A stretch of DNA of 64,000 nucleotides, from the NCBI GenBank assembly GCA_026023565.1, contig JAPETS010000015.1:558001-622000 (forward strand). The letters are read 5' to 3'. This document shows positions 1-12,575 of the stretch, piece by piece (position 1 is the first letter of the stretch; each line of letters starts with the position of its first letter). Under the pieces are notes generated by a model. The model was not told where the DNA came from and made no database searches. It was given only the letters and a program-made list of their open reading frames with translations. The translations under genes and the position numbers were made by a program. The DNA is from Cirrosporium novae-zelandiae. Taxonomy: Eukaryota.

Positions 1-3000
1 CCTGTGAGGTCAATAATTTGGGGTTTAGGTCGACTTGAAGTTGATTTCAACGATGGGGCTGGATTAGCGATTGGAGGAAGGATAGGACTCAGGCCAGGCG
101 TGGTAGACACACTAGCGGGTATTTCCCACAAGGGATGTGGTACCATGGTTTCAGACTTCACGCTTGATGTAATGTCGTTGTTGAGTTGAGCATCAAGTGA
201 TTCCTGAATCTTGTCTTCCTGGTCAATACGGATGGCTTCGTTTTCCTTCTGCACAGAGCTATCAGCCTGATAATTGAAGGCTTCTAGAAGGCATTTCCCG
301 CAGGATGCCATGCATGCCCCGTGTTGGCATGAATCGTTGTTATATCCAGCTTTAGGTGGAAACTCGACTAGATTATGATGAATAGGCGGAGTAGATTTGG
401 GAGTAGCAGTGGTAGTGAGAGCGGGAGCTGTGGGGGGTGCTGAAGCCTGAACGATACCTAGAAGAGAAGCATTAGGAGCAGATGCTGTGGTGGATGTTGA
501 GGCGGGTGTTGGTTCCGGGGCAGTACGTGGAGTAGAAGTATCAGAAGGTGGTAAAGCGAGTGATGGGTCAGGTATAGATATTGGAACGCCACTATCAATG
601 GAAGCTTGGGCACTTCCTCCATCCTCCACACCTTCAGTTTCACCCACAGAAGCATCACTCCAGATATCATAATTGTCCTCTGAATCGATAAGGTCAGGAG
701 ACATCTCAATATCATCACCCTCTGTAGTTAAATTCAATTTAGGTCTTTTGATTGTCTCGCTTGATGCCCATTCATTACTATCAACGTGCCTTCTTTCTAC
801 AACAGAATTTTCCTGTCTCACATTCCTTGCCTTCGCAATCTGTTTTTGCAAGTATCTGTTCTGCTTTTCGCCGTTTGAAAGCAGATGTTTCCCGATAACA
901 CCAGCCAATTTGTGCTGCGTTGGGTGAAGTTGCAAAGCCTGAAAATGGGGTAGCAGAGGGCTAATTCCCGGTTTACTACCATATTCACGCGCATACTGAG
1001 CATAGGGACCATGATAGTTAGGTCCTTTTCCTGCGCCGTAGATAGGATGCATTTTTAGTTGACCTGAGGCAAGGAGTTCATTTGCAGCGTCGCGGCCTTC
1101 GTTATTGACTTCTTCTACATTGGAAGTCTGAATAGATAAAGAGACTGGGTAGTCTGGTGATGAAACGAAATTAATGTTTGAAAGGGTTGGAGTATCGCTA
1201 GTGTTGATATCAACCTTCTGATCTTGCGAGATGGGTGCGTTGCTGAGAATGTGAACCGAACCCTGAGCGTCGCCGATCATCAGGTTCGTAAAATCTGGAG
1301 AGAATGAACCACACATTATCTCGGAACCTAAATTAGCGACATCTTTGATATGAGTGTCTTCCGAATTGCGTCTGATATCCCAAAGTTTGAGAATCCCATC
1401 TGAAGAACCCGTAAATAACCGACCCCCAGTATTTGACCAGGCAGTAAACCGAACACCAGTGTCTGATTGCTCTCTCGTGAAGCCAGAACGGACTGGAGAA
1501 AGGGGATTTCCATGCCGTAAACGATGAAGGATTTTATCTGGATTTCGATAGTCCCAGATATAGACCACGCCGTCTGTGCAACTGGCTGAAATGTAATAGG
1601 AATTCCAAGGGCAGAACAAAATATCATTCATATCTAAGGCGGGGCATTCATATTCAACCGCACAGGAAGGTCTTTCGAGATAATATGTCCGGACAACAGA
1701 ACGCGTCCCTATATTATTATGTCCTCTTCCCCTTCGAGGGGTTGAGGCGATAGCGAAGAAACGACCCCAAGGCTCCCAGGCGCAATCAAAAACATTTTGC
1801 GAGCTAGGTGTGAGCTCAAATCTCTTTCCAGAGTTTACATCCCAGTAGCATGCATCGCCTTGTTGTCCTGGGTCCTCGGAGTCATCTGAATCCTTCCCAG
1901 CGAACCCGCCCAGTAGTAAATGTCTAGTCCCGGCTGTAGGCCCAAATCGCAAGCACGAAGGATAAAGATCGACACGGGCCACTCCTTGGGGAACTCCTCT
2001 AACGGGGCATTTTCTCGTGTCGAGGTGGGAGAAAGTATAACCTTCCTTACTAGGAGCATAGACTCGAACAGAACTTTGTCGTTGGTGAGCCCCTGTGGCT
2101 ATTACATGATCGCTTGACAGCTCCATTAGTTCAACCTCAGATTCGTGACGCAGGGTTTCCTTGAGGGATGGCAATGATTCCTTAGTGGTGTCCCACACTT
2201 TAACCGTCTGATCATAACTGGAGGTGTACATTCGATCACCAGACGCTGAAAATTTAACACCGGTCACGCTTGTATATAACCTCGGATCGCAGGCATCATA
2301 GGTGGACTGCTGTGCGTTGGGTCCACTTCTAATCGTGCTCGGGGCTGGACGATGAACATGATGGGAGGCCAACTCGGTCAGTGAGTTATCCACGATGCTT
2401 CCGAATAACAGATTATTGCGCCGATTGTACTGCATACTTGACTGATCGGTCATTGCAGATGCACCTGCTGCATATGAAACATTATCAGGGTGCCAGGAGC
2501 CAACAAGTACATCGCCTGATGCGCCTGTCCAGTATCGGTATCGCTCATATGAATCACCAGCCTTATCCCGCAATTCTTGCAGAGTCTGTCGGGAGGATTT
2601 CATTCCTAGTTCTCGGCTCATGAAAATGGCGGATCCGGCAGAATGCTGAGAGTGTTTCCGATTCTTGATAGTTGACTCGAGAATGAAGATTTCTCGCTTT
2701 GTCCTATCTTTTGTCTCCTTCATATGCAATACGGATCCTTGTAGTTGATCGAGGGCTTTTTGCGGATATCTTTTTTGACTTGATATTCGGCCACTAAACG
2801 CGCGTTCTGGTCGGCTGAGGCAAGGTAGATGCTCAGACCTATTAAGACTTGCAACGACAGCAGCTTTATGCTGTCTCACCATGTCGAGGAACTCGGACGA
2901 GATATCTGTAGGGACATTCTCGAAACAATCGAGATCCGGAGTTCTATTGATTGTCTTTCCAAAATTGATTTCTTGTGAGGCTTGAGTAAGAGTGAATGTT

Positions 3001-4208
3001 CTTCTGACTCTATCCTTTAAGTTGTAGTTTATTTCTGGTATATCTCGGCGATAATGACCAGGTTCTGACCATCTAGTTAAGGGCGATTCTTCTCTCGTTC
3101 TCCTACTATCTGACTGGTTCGTTGATATGGATTGGCCTCTCTTTTGTTTAGAACCTAAGTCATTATTTCTTATTTCGGATTCCCTACTTGAAGACTCTTT
3201 TTGTTGAGAATAACCTAATCTCCGTCTAAATGAAGATGCTCTTGGGGTTGGAACATCATTGTCATGCCGGTGTGGATTTAGTGGCCTGGGGTGCTCTTGA
3301 GGGATCCTTCTGGATTCATTTGGCGTGAGTGGCTTTATAGACCGAAGGGTCTGGCTAAATGAGGCAACCATGTTACGGTTAGTAGTTTGTGGCAACGGAG
3401 ACTGAACGATAGTTTCCCCTTTTGGTTCCTTAGGTTGAGGGCTCTGAGTAGACGCGAGAAGGCCCTGAACATCTTTGCTCCTCTTAAATTTAATACATTT
3501 ATGCAGATGCTCTCTACGACGAGAACCGTTTTCGGTGAATTGTCTGCCACAATGACGGCAACGAAAATAATGACATTTGCCTTCTGGATATATGCCAAGA
3601 TAGATAAATTCTGGGTTTGGCGAGAATGGGGCATCTTCAGAATTTTTATGAGACAAGGATGGCACTGGTTGAGCCTCTTCTCTTTTCCGTTTGAGGGATG
3701 GGCCTAGAGAGCCAGGTCGTGTAGTTTTATGATTAAGTGCTTCAGGTAGGCGGGATCCCAAAGGAATAGTTTCTTGTTCGAGATAAGTCTGAACCGGATC
3801 GTGAGAGGATGATTCATTTTGTATTGTAGCATTTTGTCGATATTCTTGGATTTTTCGTTCAACAACGGTCGATATAAATAATTTCACGCGTCCTTTATGT
3901 AGCTTTAATGAAGATTTAGGCTCATTATTAGATTGAACCTCGAGCATAAGAGTGATTGTTTCTTCCAAGACCTATATATTTACATACGAATATATGCCTT
4001 AGTATTATTGTCTGGTTTCCCAGGGTTCTTTACAATGGAGAAATTGGAATTCCTCACATACCATTGATAGTAGGGAGTTGTACTCGACCTCAGACAACTC
4101 ATTCATATGTGTTTTTAAGGCTTCCTCAATCAACGGCTTAAACGTGGGTCGAAGACGCGCTTTAAGGGCCGAGTCGCTATGTTTAAACGACTCAGCGCGA
4201 TTCTCCAT
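1..4208 (-). CDS. WD40-repeat DCAF-type protein, Rik1-associated factor 1 (Raf1/Dos1)/DIM-9-like; 3' end lies outside the window
   Basis: Exon 1 is 4208-4062, then an intron 4061-3972 (GTATGT...TAG). Exon 2 is in the same frame at 3971 and at base 1. The segments I translated include WTGASGDVLVGSWHPD, QYNRRNNLLFG, VTGVKFSASGDRMYTSSYDQTVKVWD, the WDxR motifs VYIWDYR and KLWDIR, GSFSPDFTNLMIGDAQGSVHIL and ELLASGQLKMHPIYGAGKGPNY. It is missing from the ORF track because there is no stop inside the window. Confidence 0.75.
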
Positions 4209-4399
4209 TTCAATGATTCGGATTTGGGGCTGATAGACCTCTTTTGTCGACTTGTGGCGTGCGCGCGTTAAGGGTAAGTTGATTACGGTATATATTACTA
4301 TCTGCTCCTAAAGATACCGTCGTCGAGTCTAAAGCAAATCGAGCCCATGGGATTTTTGTAATTGAGAGAGAAGGGAAAGTTGAAATATAAGCACGATGT

Positions 4400-5200
4400 T
4401 TTCATGGATAGAGAAGGTGATAGGAAAGGTAAATCACAACGAAGATACGATTTTTTAAGCTAAAATTTAGTGTTAACAAGACTGTTAATACGTGAATTTA
4501 AAGGATAATTAAAGAGAAGACTGAAAGTAAAGATCTAAGATACCTTTATCTATATATTTATGGCCATTTAAATAATCTTCCTATGATATCGATAAGAATT
4601 TTTAATTATCTCGTCTTAACTGCCTTTCCTACGATTAAACATTCGTGGCATTTAATAAAAACGAAAAACTAATAATAAACGTTAACTATATATAAATATA
4701 AATTAAATTAATTAATAATCCTTTTTATTATTATATTTTTACATCGTAATTAAATTAATATTTTATAATATTATTTAATTATAATTATAATTAAACGTAA
4801 TAGAAAATTCTAATAATTTAAAGCTTGTTTTTTATTTTACATTAATTTTTTTTCGTAATTTTTATATCGCAGTTTTTTTTATTTATGTTAACTTTTCTAT
4901 GAAAACAGAGTCGAAATCCTAAGCATTACGATAAAGATAATTGTATAAACAACGATGGTAAACTAAATATAAATGATATATTCGCATAGAAAATGCAATA
5001 GATGATGATAGTTTAGGGGTAACTCGTTAAATTAATGTAAAAGTCGAACGTTAACTTAGTGCGTTGTCGAGACTTAATATGCTTTAATACTTCCATCGTT
5101 TTATCGCCTTTTGTTTTTGTTTTTATTATTTGCCATTAACTGCAACAACAGTTATTATAAAAAAGGGTTATAGCTATATATACGTAACTTTGTTTATATG
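4400..5200. mobile_element. AT-rich, RIP-like degenerate repeat relic (boundaries approximate)
   Basis: Abrupt, very AT-rich stretch with abundant TpA, scarce CpA/TpG and retained CpG (e.g. 4681-4860). No ORF. Confidence 0.5.
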
Positions 5201-5736
5201 TAAGACCAAGGTCTTTACTTGCTGCAGCAAGTCCCCTCAGGTCATAGACTCATAGACCTAAGGTGAGCATTTTAAGCCCTTTCAACCTATCTAAATCGAT
5301 AGTAGAGGGATCAGTCGACAAGCTGATCATTGTAATGTCTTTGCTCCATTAGTAGGTTAGGGATTTAAGGCGTCTAGCAATCGCTATTATAGTCTAATCT
5401 AGTCTTCACATGTATTATAAATAGAGTGTTTGGATGAAGGAAACCCGTTTATTATGTAGAAGGACTATGATTATCTTCTTTCATATCAATGAATATGGAT
5501 GTTAATGACAAAGTAAGGAGGTGCGTAAGCCTTGGGTTCTTGATCCTGTGAAGGAATTGTGGTCATAGTGTGTAGATAAACCCTTGGGTTACTCACTTTT
5601 TCGCAGTGTAGGCTAGCTGAAGCACCCACCCTCTCTTGTCTTGATGTTGCTTGTTTAGTTCCTGGTTTTCCTTTCATCATTATTCGTCCATAATTTCTTG
5701 CAGCTCATGTATAGCGTGCTTCTTCTTGGTGTAAAA

Positions 5737-6375
5737 TCACCGTCCCTTTTCCTCCCATGCCGTCTTAAATGTCTCGAACAATTTCCCACCCTCCTCTTCA
5801 TCTTTCAACCTTTGAACCAAGAATCCCTTTAAATCTACCCAAAACTCTTCACTAGCAAGCATTTCCTTCCCACTGGGTCCCTGCGCCGTCCCCACCATTT
5901 CCACATCCTTTTTTTCCTCTTGCGGCGTTCCCCCGCCAACAACCATAACACTAAACTCCAGCACCTTCCCCTCCTTCGCATCCTCTCCCACAACCTCAGC
6001 CACCGTCTTTGTATTATTTCCCACAGGCTTCTTCTTCCACAGCAATCTCACTTTCTCCGCGCTCTCGCCCAAAACTCCAGCAATGAGACCCTTGAGTTCC
6101 ATGATACTGGTCTCGGGGGCCACGTCTTTGAGCTTTCCATCGAGAGACGAATTGCGTAGAGAGTGAATGCTAATTGTTAGCGTCCGTACAGTGCCAGGAG
6201 CGGAGTCTGAGAGGTGAGAGGGACGCGACATGGGCTTCGAAGAGGGGTAGTGGGGGAGGGTGTAGGGGTGTCGGAGGGGGAATTGGTGGGGGTCGCCAGT
6301 GTGTGTGGAGGGAATTTTTATAGGGCGCGGATCAAGAGATTGGAGGACGGTTTTTGTGAAGGTGAGCTCGGTCAT
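5737..6375 (-). CDS. GET5: Get5/Mdy2-like ubiquitin-like protein of the GET pathway
   Basis: Likely start is MTELTFTKTVLQSLDPRPIK (ATG 6375), giving a Get5/Blt1-type N-terminus. It has a central UBL fold (TSIMELKGLIA...KVRLLWKKKPV) and a C-terminal EEFWVDLKGFLVQRLKD motif. Confidence 0.75.
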   Translation of the reverse strand: MTELTFTKTVLQSLDPRPIKIPSTHTGDPHQFPLRHPYTLPHYPSSKPMSRPSHLSDSAPGTVRTLTISIHSLRNSSLDGKLKDVAPETSIMELKGLIAGVLGESAEKVRLLWKKKPVGNNTKTVAEVVGEDAKEGKVLEFSVMVVGGGTPQEEKKDVEMVGTAQGPSGKEMLASEEFWVDLKGFLVQRLKDEEEGGKLFETFKTAWEEKGR

Positions 6376-6809
6376 GATTGCGGTGGTGGGTGGGCGAGTG
6401 AGTGACAGGTGGGTTGCGAGGATTTTGGTTATGAAATGGTAATCTTGGGGTTGTGTGCAAAACTGGTGTAGGCTAGAAGTCACAAGGAGTATTGAATGGT
6501 GTGTGTTATATGTATTTCAAGTAAGTCGAGTAGTTGGATAGAAACAAGTAGAGGTAGCGTATTGTTGTAGTAGGTACTGTGTGTTCTGTATTCGTAACAG
6601 TTGGTAGTGACGTCCTTCGACCCCAAAGCTCCAAAAGCAACTTTAGCCGAGACTGCCCTCGCGAACTTTTACCTCGACAAAATATTTTCCCTGGACCAAG
6701 CAATTTTCCTCACCACCACCTACCTCTTCATCGCCCAAGATAGCTCTGCACACCCCTCGAGCTGACCATACCCAATTTGTTCCAGCTGTAAACCCTCAAG
6801 CCCATTACA

Positions 6810-8855
6810 ATGGGTGTTGGTCGTCGCATGAAAAAACAGGGTCCGCCCCAACCGCTAGACGAATCAAAAGTATCGGGATACAAGAAGCGTAAAGCTAATG
6901 AAACGACTGAAGCTTCGGGCAAGAAGAGAAGGACGGCTAAAGAAGATGTGAAGGCTAGAGATACAAAACTAAAGGAGGCAAAACCTTCAAATAGACGAGT
7001 GGAGGAGAATGGGAAGGAAAAGAAAGCTGCTACAGCTACGAATAAGAAAGCAATGCCAAAAGACAGAAGCACAAAAAATGATGTGAAACCTAAGAAGACT
7101 ATAAAGTCATTAGATGATATGATGATAGAAAGTGATGATGATATAATCGAAGATGATGAATTTGACGACCTTGAGGATCTCGATGGGGATGACGCCGCCA
7201 TTGGTTCTGGCTCAGACGACTCAGATTCAGCCTTCGACTCAGATCTCGAAGATGACCCCAATAGCAAGGCTCTGTTTTCAGAAGATGAAGATGACAGCGA
7301 CGCGGAACAGCGCCTCACGGCTGCCAACATGGAGGGTCTCTCCCGCAAACTCGATGCCCAGACTCAGCAGGATGCCATGGAAGCGCAACTCGATATGCAA
7401 GAATCTGCGCTCCAAACGAATCTTAATAACGAACCCGCCCCGCACATATTCAATTCTGACGACGACGAAGACCGAAACAAACCACCAAAGAATCTCCTCC
7501 TCGCTCAACCAGACCTCCAACTTCTCCGCAGCCGTATCAACGACACCATCCGCGTCCTGGGTTCCTTCTCTACGCTGGCAGAAGCAAACCACTCGCGCTC
7601 AGACTATACGACCCAGCTCCTCTCGGACATTTCCACCTACTACACCTACACACCCTTCCTAGCCTCCAAACTCCTTTCCCTGTTCAAACCATCAGAATCC
7701 CTCGCCTTCTTCGACGCGAACGAGACCCCCCGCCCCCTCGTCATCCGAACCAACACCCTCCGAACCTCCCGCCGACAGCTAGCCCAATCGCTAATCGCGC
7801 GCGGCGTGTCCCTCCAGCCGCTCGCCCCCTGGACAAAAATCGGCCTGCAAGTCTTCAACTCCCCGGTGCCTCTCGGCGCAACTCCCGAATATCTCGCGGG
7901 CCACTACATCCTGCAAGCGGCATCCTCATTTCTACCAGTAATGGCTCTCTGCCCGCAGCCCCACGAGCGGGTTCTCGACATGGCAGCCGCCCCCGGCGGA
8001 AAAACAACTCACATCGCTTCCCTGATGCGTAACACGGGGTGTATATTCGCTAACGACGCCTCTAAACCGCGTGCTAAGGCCCTCATCGGCAACATCCACC
8101 GCCTAGGCGTCACCAACACCATCGTATGTAACCACGACGCCGCCATCTTCCCGACGCTCATGCCCGCAGCCTTCGACCGCGTTCTCCTGGACGCCCCCTG
8201 TTCAGGCACAGGCGTTATCTCCAAAGACCCGAGCGTCAAAACCTCCAAAACAGAAAAGGACTTCCAGCTGCTGCCCTTCACGCAGAAAAGGCTCCTCCTC
8301 GCCGCCATCGACGCCTGCGACCACGCCTCCAAAACCGGCGGCTACGTCGTCTACTCCACCTGCTCCGTCACCGTCGAGGAAAACGAAGAGGTCGTCAACT
8401 ACGCCCTGCGAAAGCGCCCTAACATCCGCATCGTGGATACGGGACTCGCCATCGGGCGCGAGGGCTTCACGAAATTCCGAGGCAAGAGCTTCGATAACGG
8501 GTTGAGGAAGTCGAAACGCTTTTATCCACATGAACTCAATGTCGATGGTTTCTTTGTCGCAAAGCTTAAGAAAATCGGCCCGTTGGTTACGACTACTACT
8601 AATGGTGACGCTGTTGCTAAAACCCAAACGGCAACTACCTCTGCTTCTTCCAAACCCCCTACCGCGAAGGAAGAAGAAGAAACCACAGTAGTAGCCACAA
8701 CAGAAGATGAAGAAGACAAAGTCGACGACTTCGGCGGCTGGGAAGATGAAGCCGCGGACCAGGAATACATCGAGCGGGCGAGGAGAAAGTGGCTGAGGAG
8801 AAAGGGCTTGGATCCTCGGACGCATATGAGCAAGGTGAAGAATGGAACGAAATAA
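6810..8855 (+). CDS. NOP2: 25S rRNA cytosine-C5 methyltransferase Nop2
   Basis: Intronless 681-aa ORF with MGVGRRMKKQGPP, GATPEYLAGHYILQ, LDMAAAPGGKT, FDRVLLDAPCSG, VYSTCS and DGFFVAKL. Divergent from GET5. Confidence 0.97.
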   Translation: MGVGRRMKKQGPPQPLDESKVSGYKKRKANETTEASGKKRRTAKEDVKARDTKLKEAKPSNRRVEENGKEKKAATATNKKAMPKDRSTKNDVKPKKTIKSLDDMMIESDDDIIEDDEFDDLEDLDGDDAAIGSGSDDSDSAFDSDLEDDPNSKALFSEDEDDSDAEQRLTAANMEGLSRKLDAQTQQDAMEAQLDMQESALQTNLNNEPAPHIFNSDDDEDRNKPPKNLLLAQPDLQLLRSRINDTIRVLGSFSTLAEANHSRSDYTTQLLSDISTYYTYTPFLASKLLSLFKPSESLAFFDANETPRPLVIRTNTLRTSRRQLAQSLIARGVSLQPLAPWTKIGLQVFNSPVPLGATPEYLAGHYILQAASSFLPVMALCPQPHERVLDMAAAPGGKTTHIASLMRNTGCIFANDASKPRAKALIGNIHRLGVTNTIVCNHDAAIFPTLMPAAFDRVLLDAPCSGTGVISKDPSVKTSKTEKDFQLLPFTQKRLLLAAIDACDHASKTGGYVVYSTCSVTVEENEEVVNYALRKRPNIRIVDTGLAIGREGFTKFRGKSFDNGLRKSKRFYPHELNVDGFFVAKLKKIGPLVTTTTNGDAVAKTQTATTSASSKPPTAKEEEETTVVATTEDEEDKVDDFGGWEDEAADQEYIERARRKWLRRKGLDPRTHMSKVKNGTK

Positions 8856-9313
8856 AACTTAAAAAATTAAAACTAAAAACCGTGTCTTGTCTAGCTTATC
8901 TTATTTATATGCCTAGAGAGAGGGAAAGGGGAAGGGAGTGGAAAAAAGGGTCATTATTTGTTTGTTTTGTGATTATTTCTCTTTTTTTTCTTTTACTTTT
9001 GGTGGAGAGGGAGGGGGAGGGTGCTTGAATCCTCTTCCTATACGTTTTTTATGTGTAGCATGTAGATGGATAACTACTACATACTAGTAGCTAATTACGA
9101 TACCATAACTACATTTAAAAAAAAACCAAAAAAGAATATTTCATTCATATGATCATTTTCGTTAATAATTACAATTATATACAAAACACATTATAAACGA
9201 ATTGACAAACTAACCGATGGAAATAGATACATGTACATATACATATCCTTCCCTTCCCTTCCATCCCCACCTCCTTTCTAAAAAGCCTCCGGAAAACCAA
9301 GGGAATATACATA

Positions 9314-12109
9314 CTAGAACAACTCCCTCAAAATCCTCATCAGCTCTTCCTCGCTTGCAAAAATCGCTGGAATACCCTCAACCCCACTTCCCACCGCTGC
9401 CGTCGCTGTCGTCGTCAGCCACTCCCCACCTTGTCCTTGTGAATGCGGAGGTGGGGGGGCGAATCCCGTACTCTCAGGTGTAGGGGTAGGGGTAGATGTT
9501 GAAGTGGGACCACCAGGGGCGGTGACAGTGGAAACAGAAGCAGAGGAGTTGTAGATGGCGCCTGCGGCTTCAAAGAGGGAGGTTAATTCTGCGGTCATTT
9601 GGGGGCCGTCCATTGAGGTTTGGGTGAGGCCCCCGCTGGGGATGTTGAGGGAGAATGAAGGGAGGCGGGAGGGGGGGTAGGGTTGGGGGGTTGAACCTCC
9701 TGGACCTGTAGTGGTGGGGTAGGGGTCTAGTGGTGTATGTGCTTGTTGTTGGCCAGAGGTAGCGAGACCAGCCATTGTAAGGGCGGCTGAGGAATGTGGG
9801 TCTGATTCGTCGACATTGTTGTTGGTGATAGGCATACCCGGATGTTGTTGATGCATGGCACTCGTTGGTGTAATTGCAGGAGGGGGAAGCTGCTGCATCT
9901 GCATCCTTACGCCTAAACGCTCCATGACGCCTTTAAGGCCACGAATGGTGCGCCAGAGGCGCTTGCTGATATAGCTTTCACGCTCGAAGCCGCGGACAAG
10001 ATCGAGGGCCATGTAGAATTCCTGGCGGACGACTTCATTGAAGGTGTGCGGGGCGTGTGCAACGGCAAGGAAGAGGACCGCGAGTGCGGACAGGAGGAAG
10101 TAGTTGAATAATTGCTGTTGGGTAGTGTAAAGGGAGGAGGTTTGATGCAGGGTTGACAGGACGCGGATTGTGTCGCGGGCGATATCGACGGCAGTTGCGG
10201 CGAGCGTGGGGTGACTTGTTATTATTGGAGGTGAGTGTAGGACGGGTCGGTAGATGAGGATTCGCATTTGATTAGCCCGTAAGTGGAGGAGTACTCGCAA
10301 CCGGTGTAGGGTTCGAGGGGATTCCATTATTTGGCGATGTGGGGTTATTGGTGAGTCAACGGGAGGGTACTGCAGGATGGACGGAACTGATTTGTGCCAC
10401 TGTAGGACTTGATAGTCAAGGTAGTTGAGCTCGTCGGCATTGATCGTAGGGGCGAGGGTGTTGCTGTAAGTGGAGACCGAGTTCCAGACTCGAGAGCCGA
10501 GACGGTTGTAGGCAATCATAGCGCGAAGGTAGGGGTATGTTGGATCCTGGGAAAGTGTAAGCCTAAAAATAAAATATGATATAGGTTTTGGGTGGATTGT
10601 GGGATCTTACTGGTTCGGGAAGAAGAGGGTCGATATCAGTATCTTGGATCACGAACGGCATCCCAGTTCCAAAGCTCCAACGACGGTCAAGACAACAAAC
10701 CGCCCAGAACAGTCTGGCCGCAAAAGCATAGTCCTCATCCGTGGTGAACGTCTTTACAAGGACCTCCCGACGATGCAGTCCCATTTCGAGGCACATCCTT
10801 GCAGGGATGCCAACGATCCTCCAGGCCTGGATCTCGTCGTCTAGCTGGAAGTAATATATAGACTAGAATGGGCAACTTTAGCAAAGACGGCCATGAAACA
10901 AAAATGGAAAAACTAACCACCATCACATGTAATGTCAACCCTTTGATACTTGTGGGTTCCCATAGTTTAGCTTCAGCATGTGGTCGTACACTTTCAAATA
11001 GCTTTTGCCCTAACTCGCTTTTCCCTTTCCCCTCCATAGTCAATGCAACAGCAAGGATCATTTTCAACATATTAGTATCATCGTCATCCATTCCATCCGA
11101 GCCTGGCATGCTAGTTTTGGTAAATCCGCTTCTAACAGCAGCTTCCATAAAGGTAAAGAGCATTGATGCCTGGCGAACGACTTTGGCAGGTTCTAAAATC
11201 GGATACATTGAGAGGATTTCCTCTTCAAATACCCGACACAGCCGAATAGCTTCGTCTCTTGTGAGCATCCAGAGGGGATCCTTACCTGGATGAATAGGAC
11301 CGAAGTGAGGTTCGGGCCCAGGATGAGGAATCAAGACAGGGGCTGGAGAGCCATCACGCGTCACAAAACCGTCCTCCAAAGCTTCCCCGGGCTGTGTTAT
11401 TCCCATCGTCTGCAGACTGGACTTGGCAACATCAAGATTGAAGGCGGAACTGGTAGGGCCTCGAAAACGAGGAGGATTGGTCCTAGCACGTTGAGGAGAC
11501 GGGAGATCTTGAGGCAATGGTTGCGACATAGTTAGAGATCTGGATCCTGGACGATAACCATTAGAACCAGCAGTGGATGGAGAAGCTCCATAGTCGTTGC
11601 GTAGAGTGCTTAGGTTGTTGAAAAGCGTGTCAACTTGATCTTGCAGCGCAGCAAGATGGGCCTTCATTTGGCCAAACTCCCTGGAATAAATCAATTTGGA
11701 TATACAATACAAAAACTACTAATTGAGAACAGAGACATACTCCGAGTCTCTCAACCCATTGCTACAACAATTGGGTGCATATTCGCAAGCCAGATTGAGA
11801 TGTCCGCATCTTCCGCAAGGAGTCTCTCCATTGCATTTGATCTTGCGTCGTTTGCATTCATTACTTAATTGGTTAAGTCATAAAGTGTTTCAAACATAGG
11901 AATGGAATAGCTAACCATGCTACGGATGTATATCGTTGACGTTTTGATCTAGTGGCAGGAGTGGAACTGCTATGTCCGTCATCGTCGAGTTTCCTTTTGG
12001 CTGTAGGTCCATTGGTGTGAGTTGGTGAGGAGTCGGATCTTTTTAGATATGCGACATTATCCATGCTTCCCTGTATGGGATGTTGACGATGTCTCGATAT
12101 ATTTGACAT
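9314..12109 (-). CDS. Zn(II)2Cys6 fungal-specific transcription factor (multi-exon)
   Basis: Splicing out intron 11915-11864 gives CNECKRRKIKCNGETPCGRCGHLNLAC. The middle homology region reads CLEMGLHR...LFWAVCCLDRRWSFGTGMP. Start is at 12109 or 12064. Confidence 0.92.
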
Positions 12110-12575
12110 GCCTTGAACAATGCGTGACTTTTAGTGGGGAGAGGGGGGGGGATGGGAGGAACGGTGGTAATGTCAGTTTTATTTCACATGGGATGGCGTA
12201 TTGGTGGTTGATTTAAAAGGTAAGTAGAAAGAAACTTTTTACGTCTTTAAGCCTTCATAAGCCCGACCGTGCTCATCGACTCTCTAGACTTCACCCTCCC
12301 GACCCCCCCGGCTCCTGAAATATCGATATTGCGGGGAACCATCCGATAGTTGCGGGGATTGCTTTTAACCTTTGTCCAACTCTTTCCCTCAGTCTAACCT
12401 TTGTCACTTAAACAATTAATAATAATTAATTACTGTAGATGATTCCCATCCTCGATAAATAAATCATATCCCAGTAATCATAATAAACATCATCAATAGG
12501 ATGTATTGGATATCCCTAGCTATCTCACTTCGCCTTGTCCTCTTCTGGTAATATCTATGGTCATGGCTATGGTCA

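Noticed and set aside
4..3707. Many short ORFs in the track over the first 3.7 kb, at first suggesting a decayed retroelement
   Set aside because: They are shadows of one long minus-strand WD40 frame, and I saw no RT, integrase or transposase motifs.
6678..6687. AAAATATTTT palindrome in the GET5-NOP2 divergent promoter, RRPE-like
   Set aside because: Imperfect match and too short to support without conservation data.
6728..8833. Long antisense and alternate-frame ORFs over NOP2 (similar ones lie over the BVMO, GH28, GLE1 and SSD1 genes)
   Set aside because: Explained by codon bias and low complexity of the real genes; no independent motifs.
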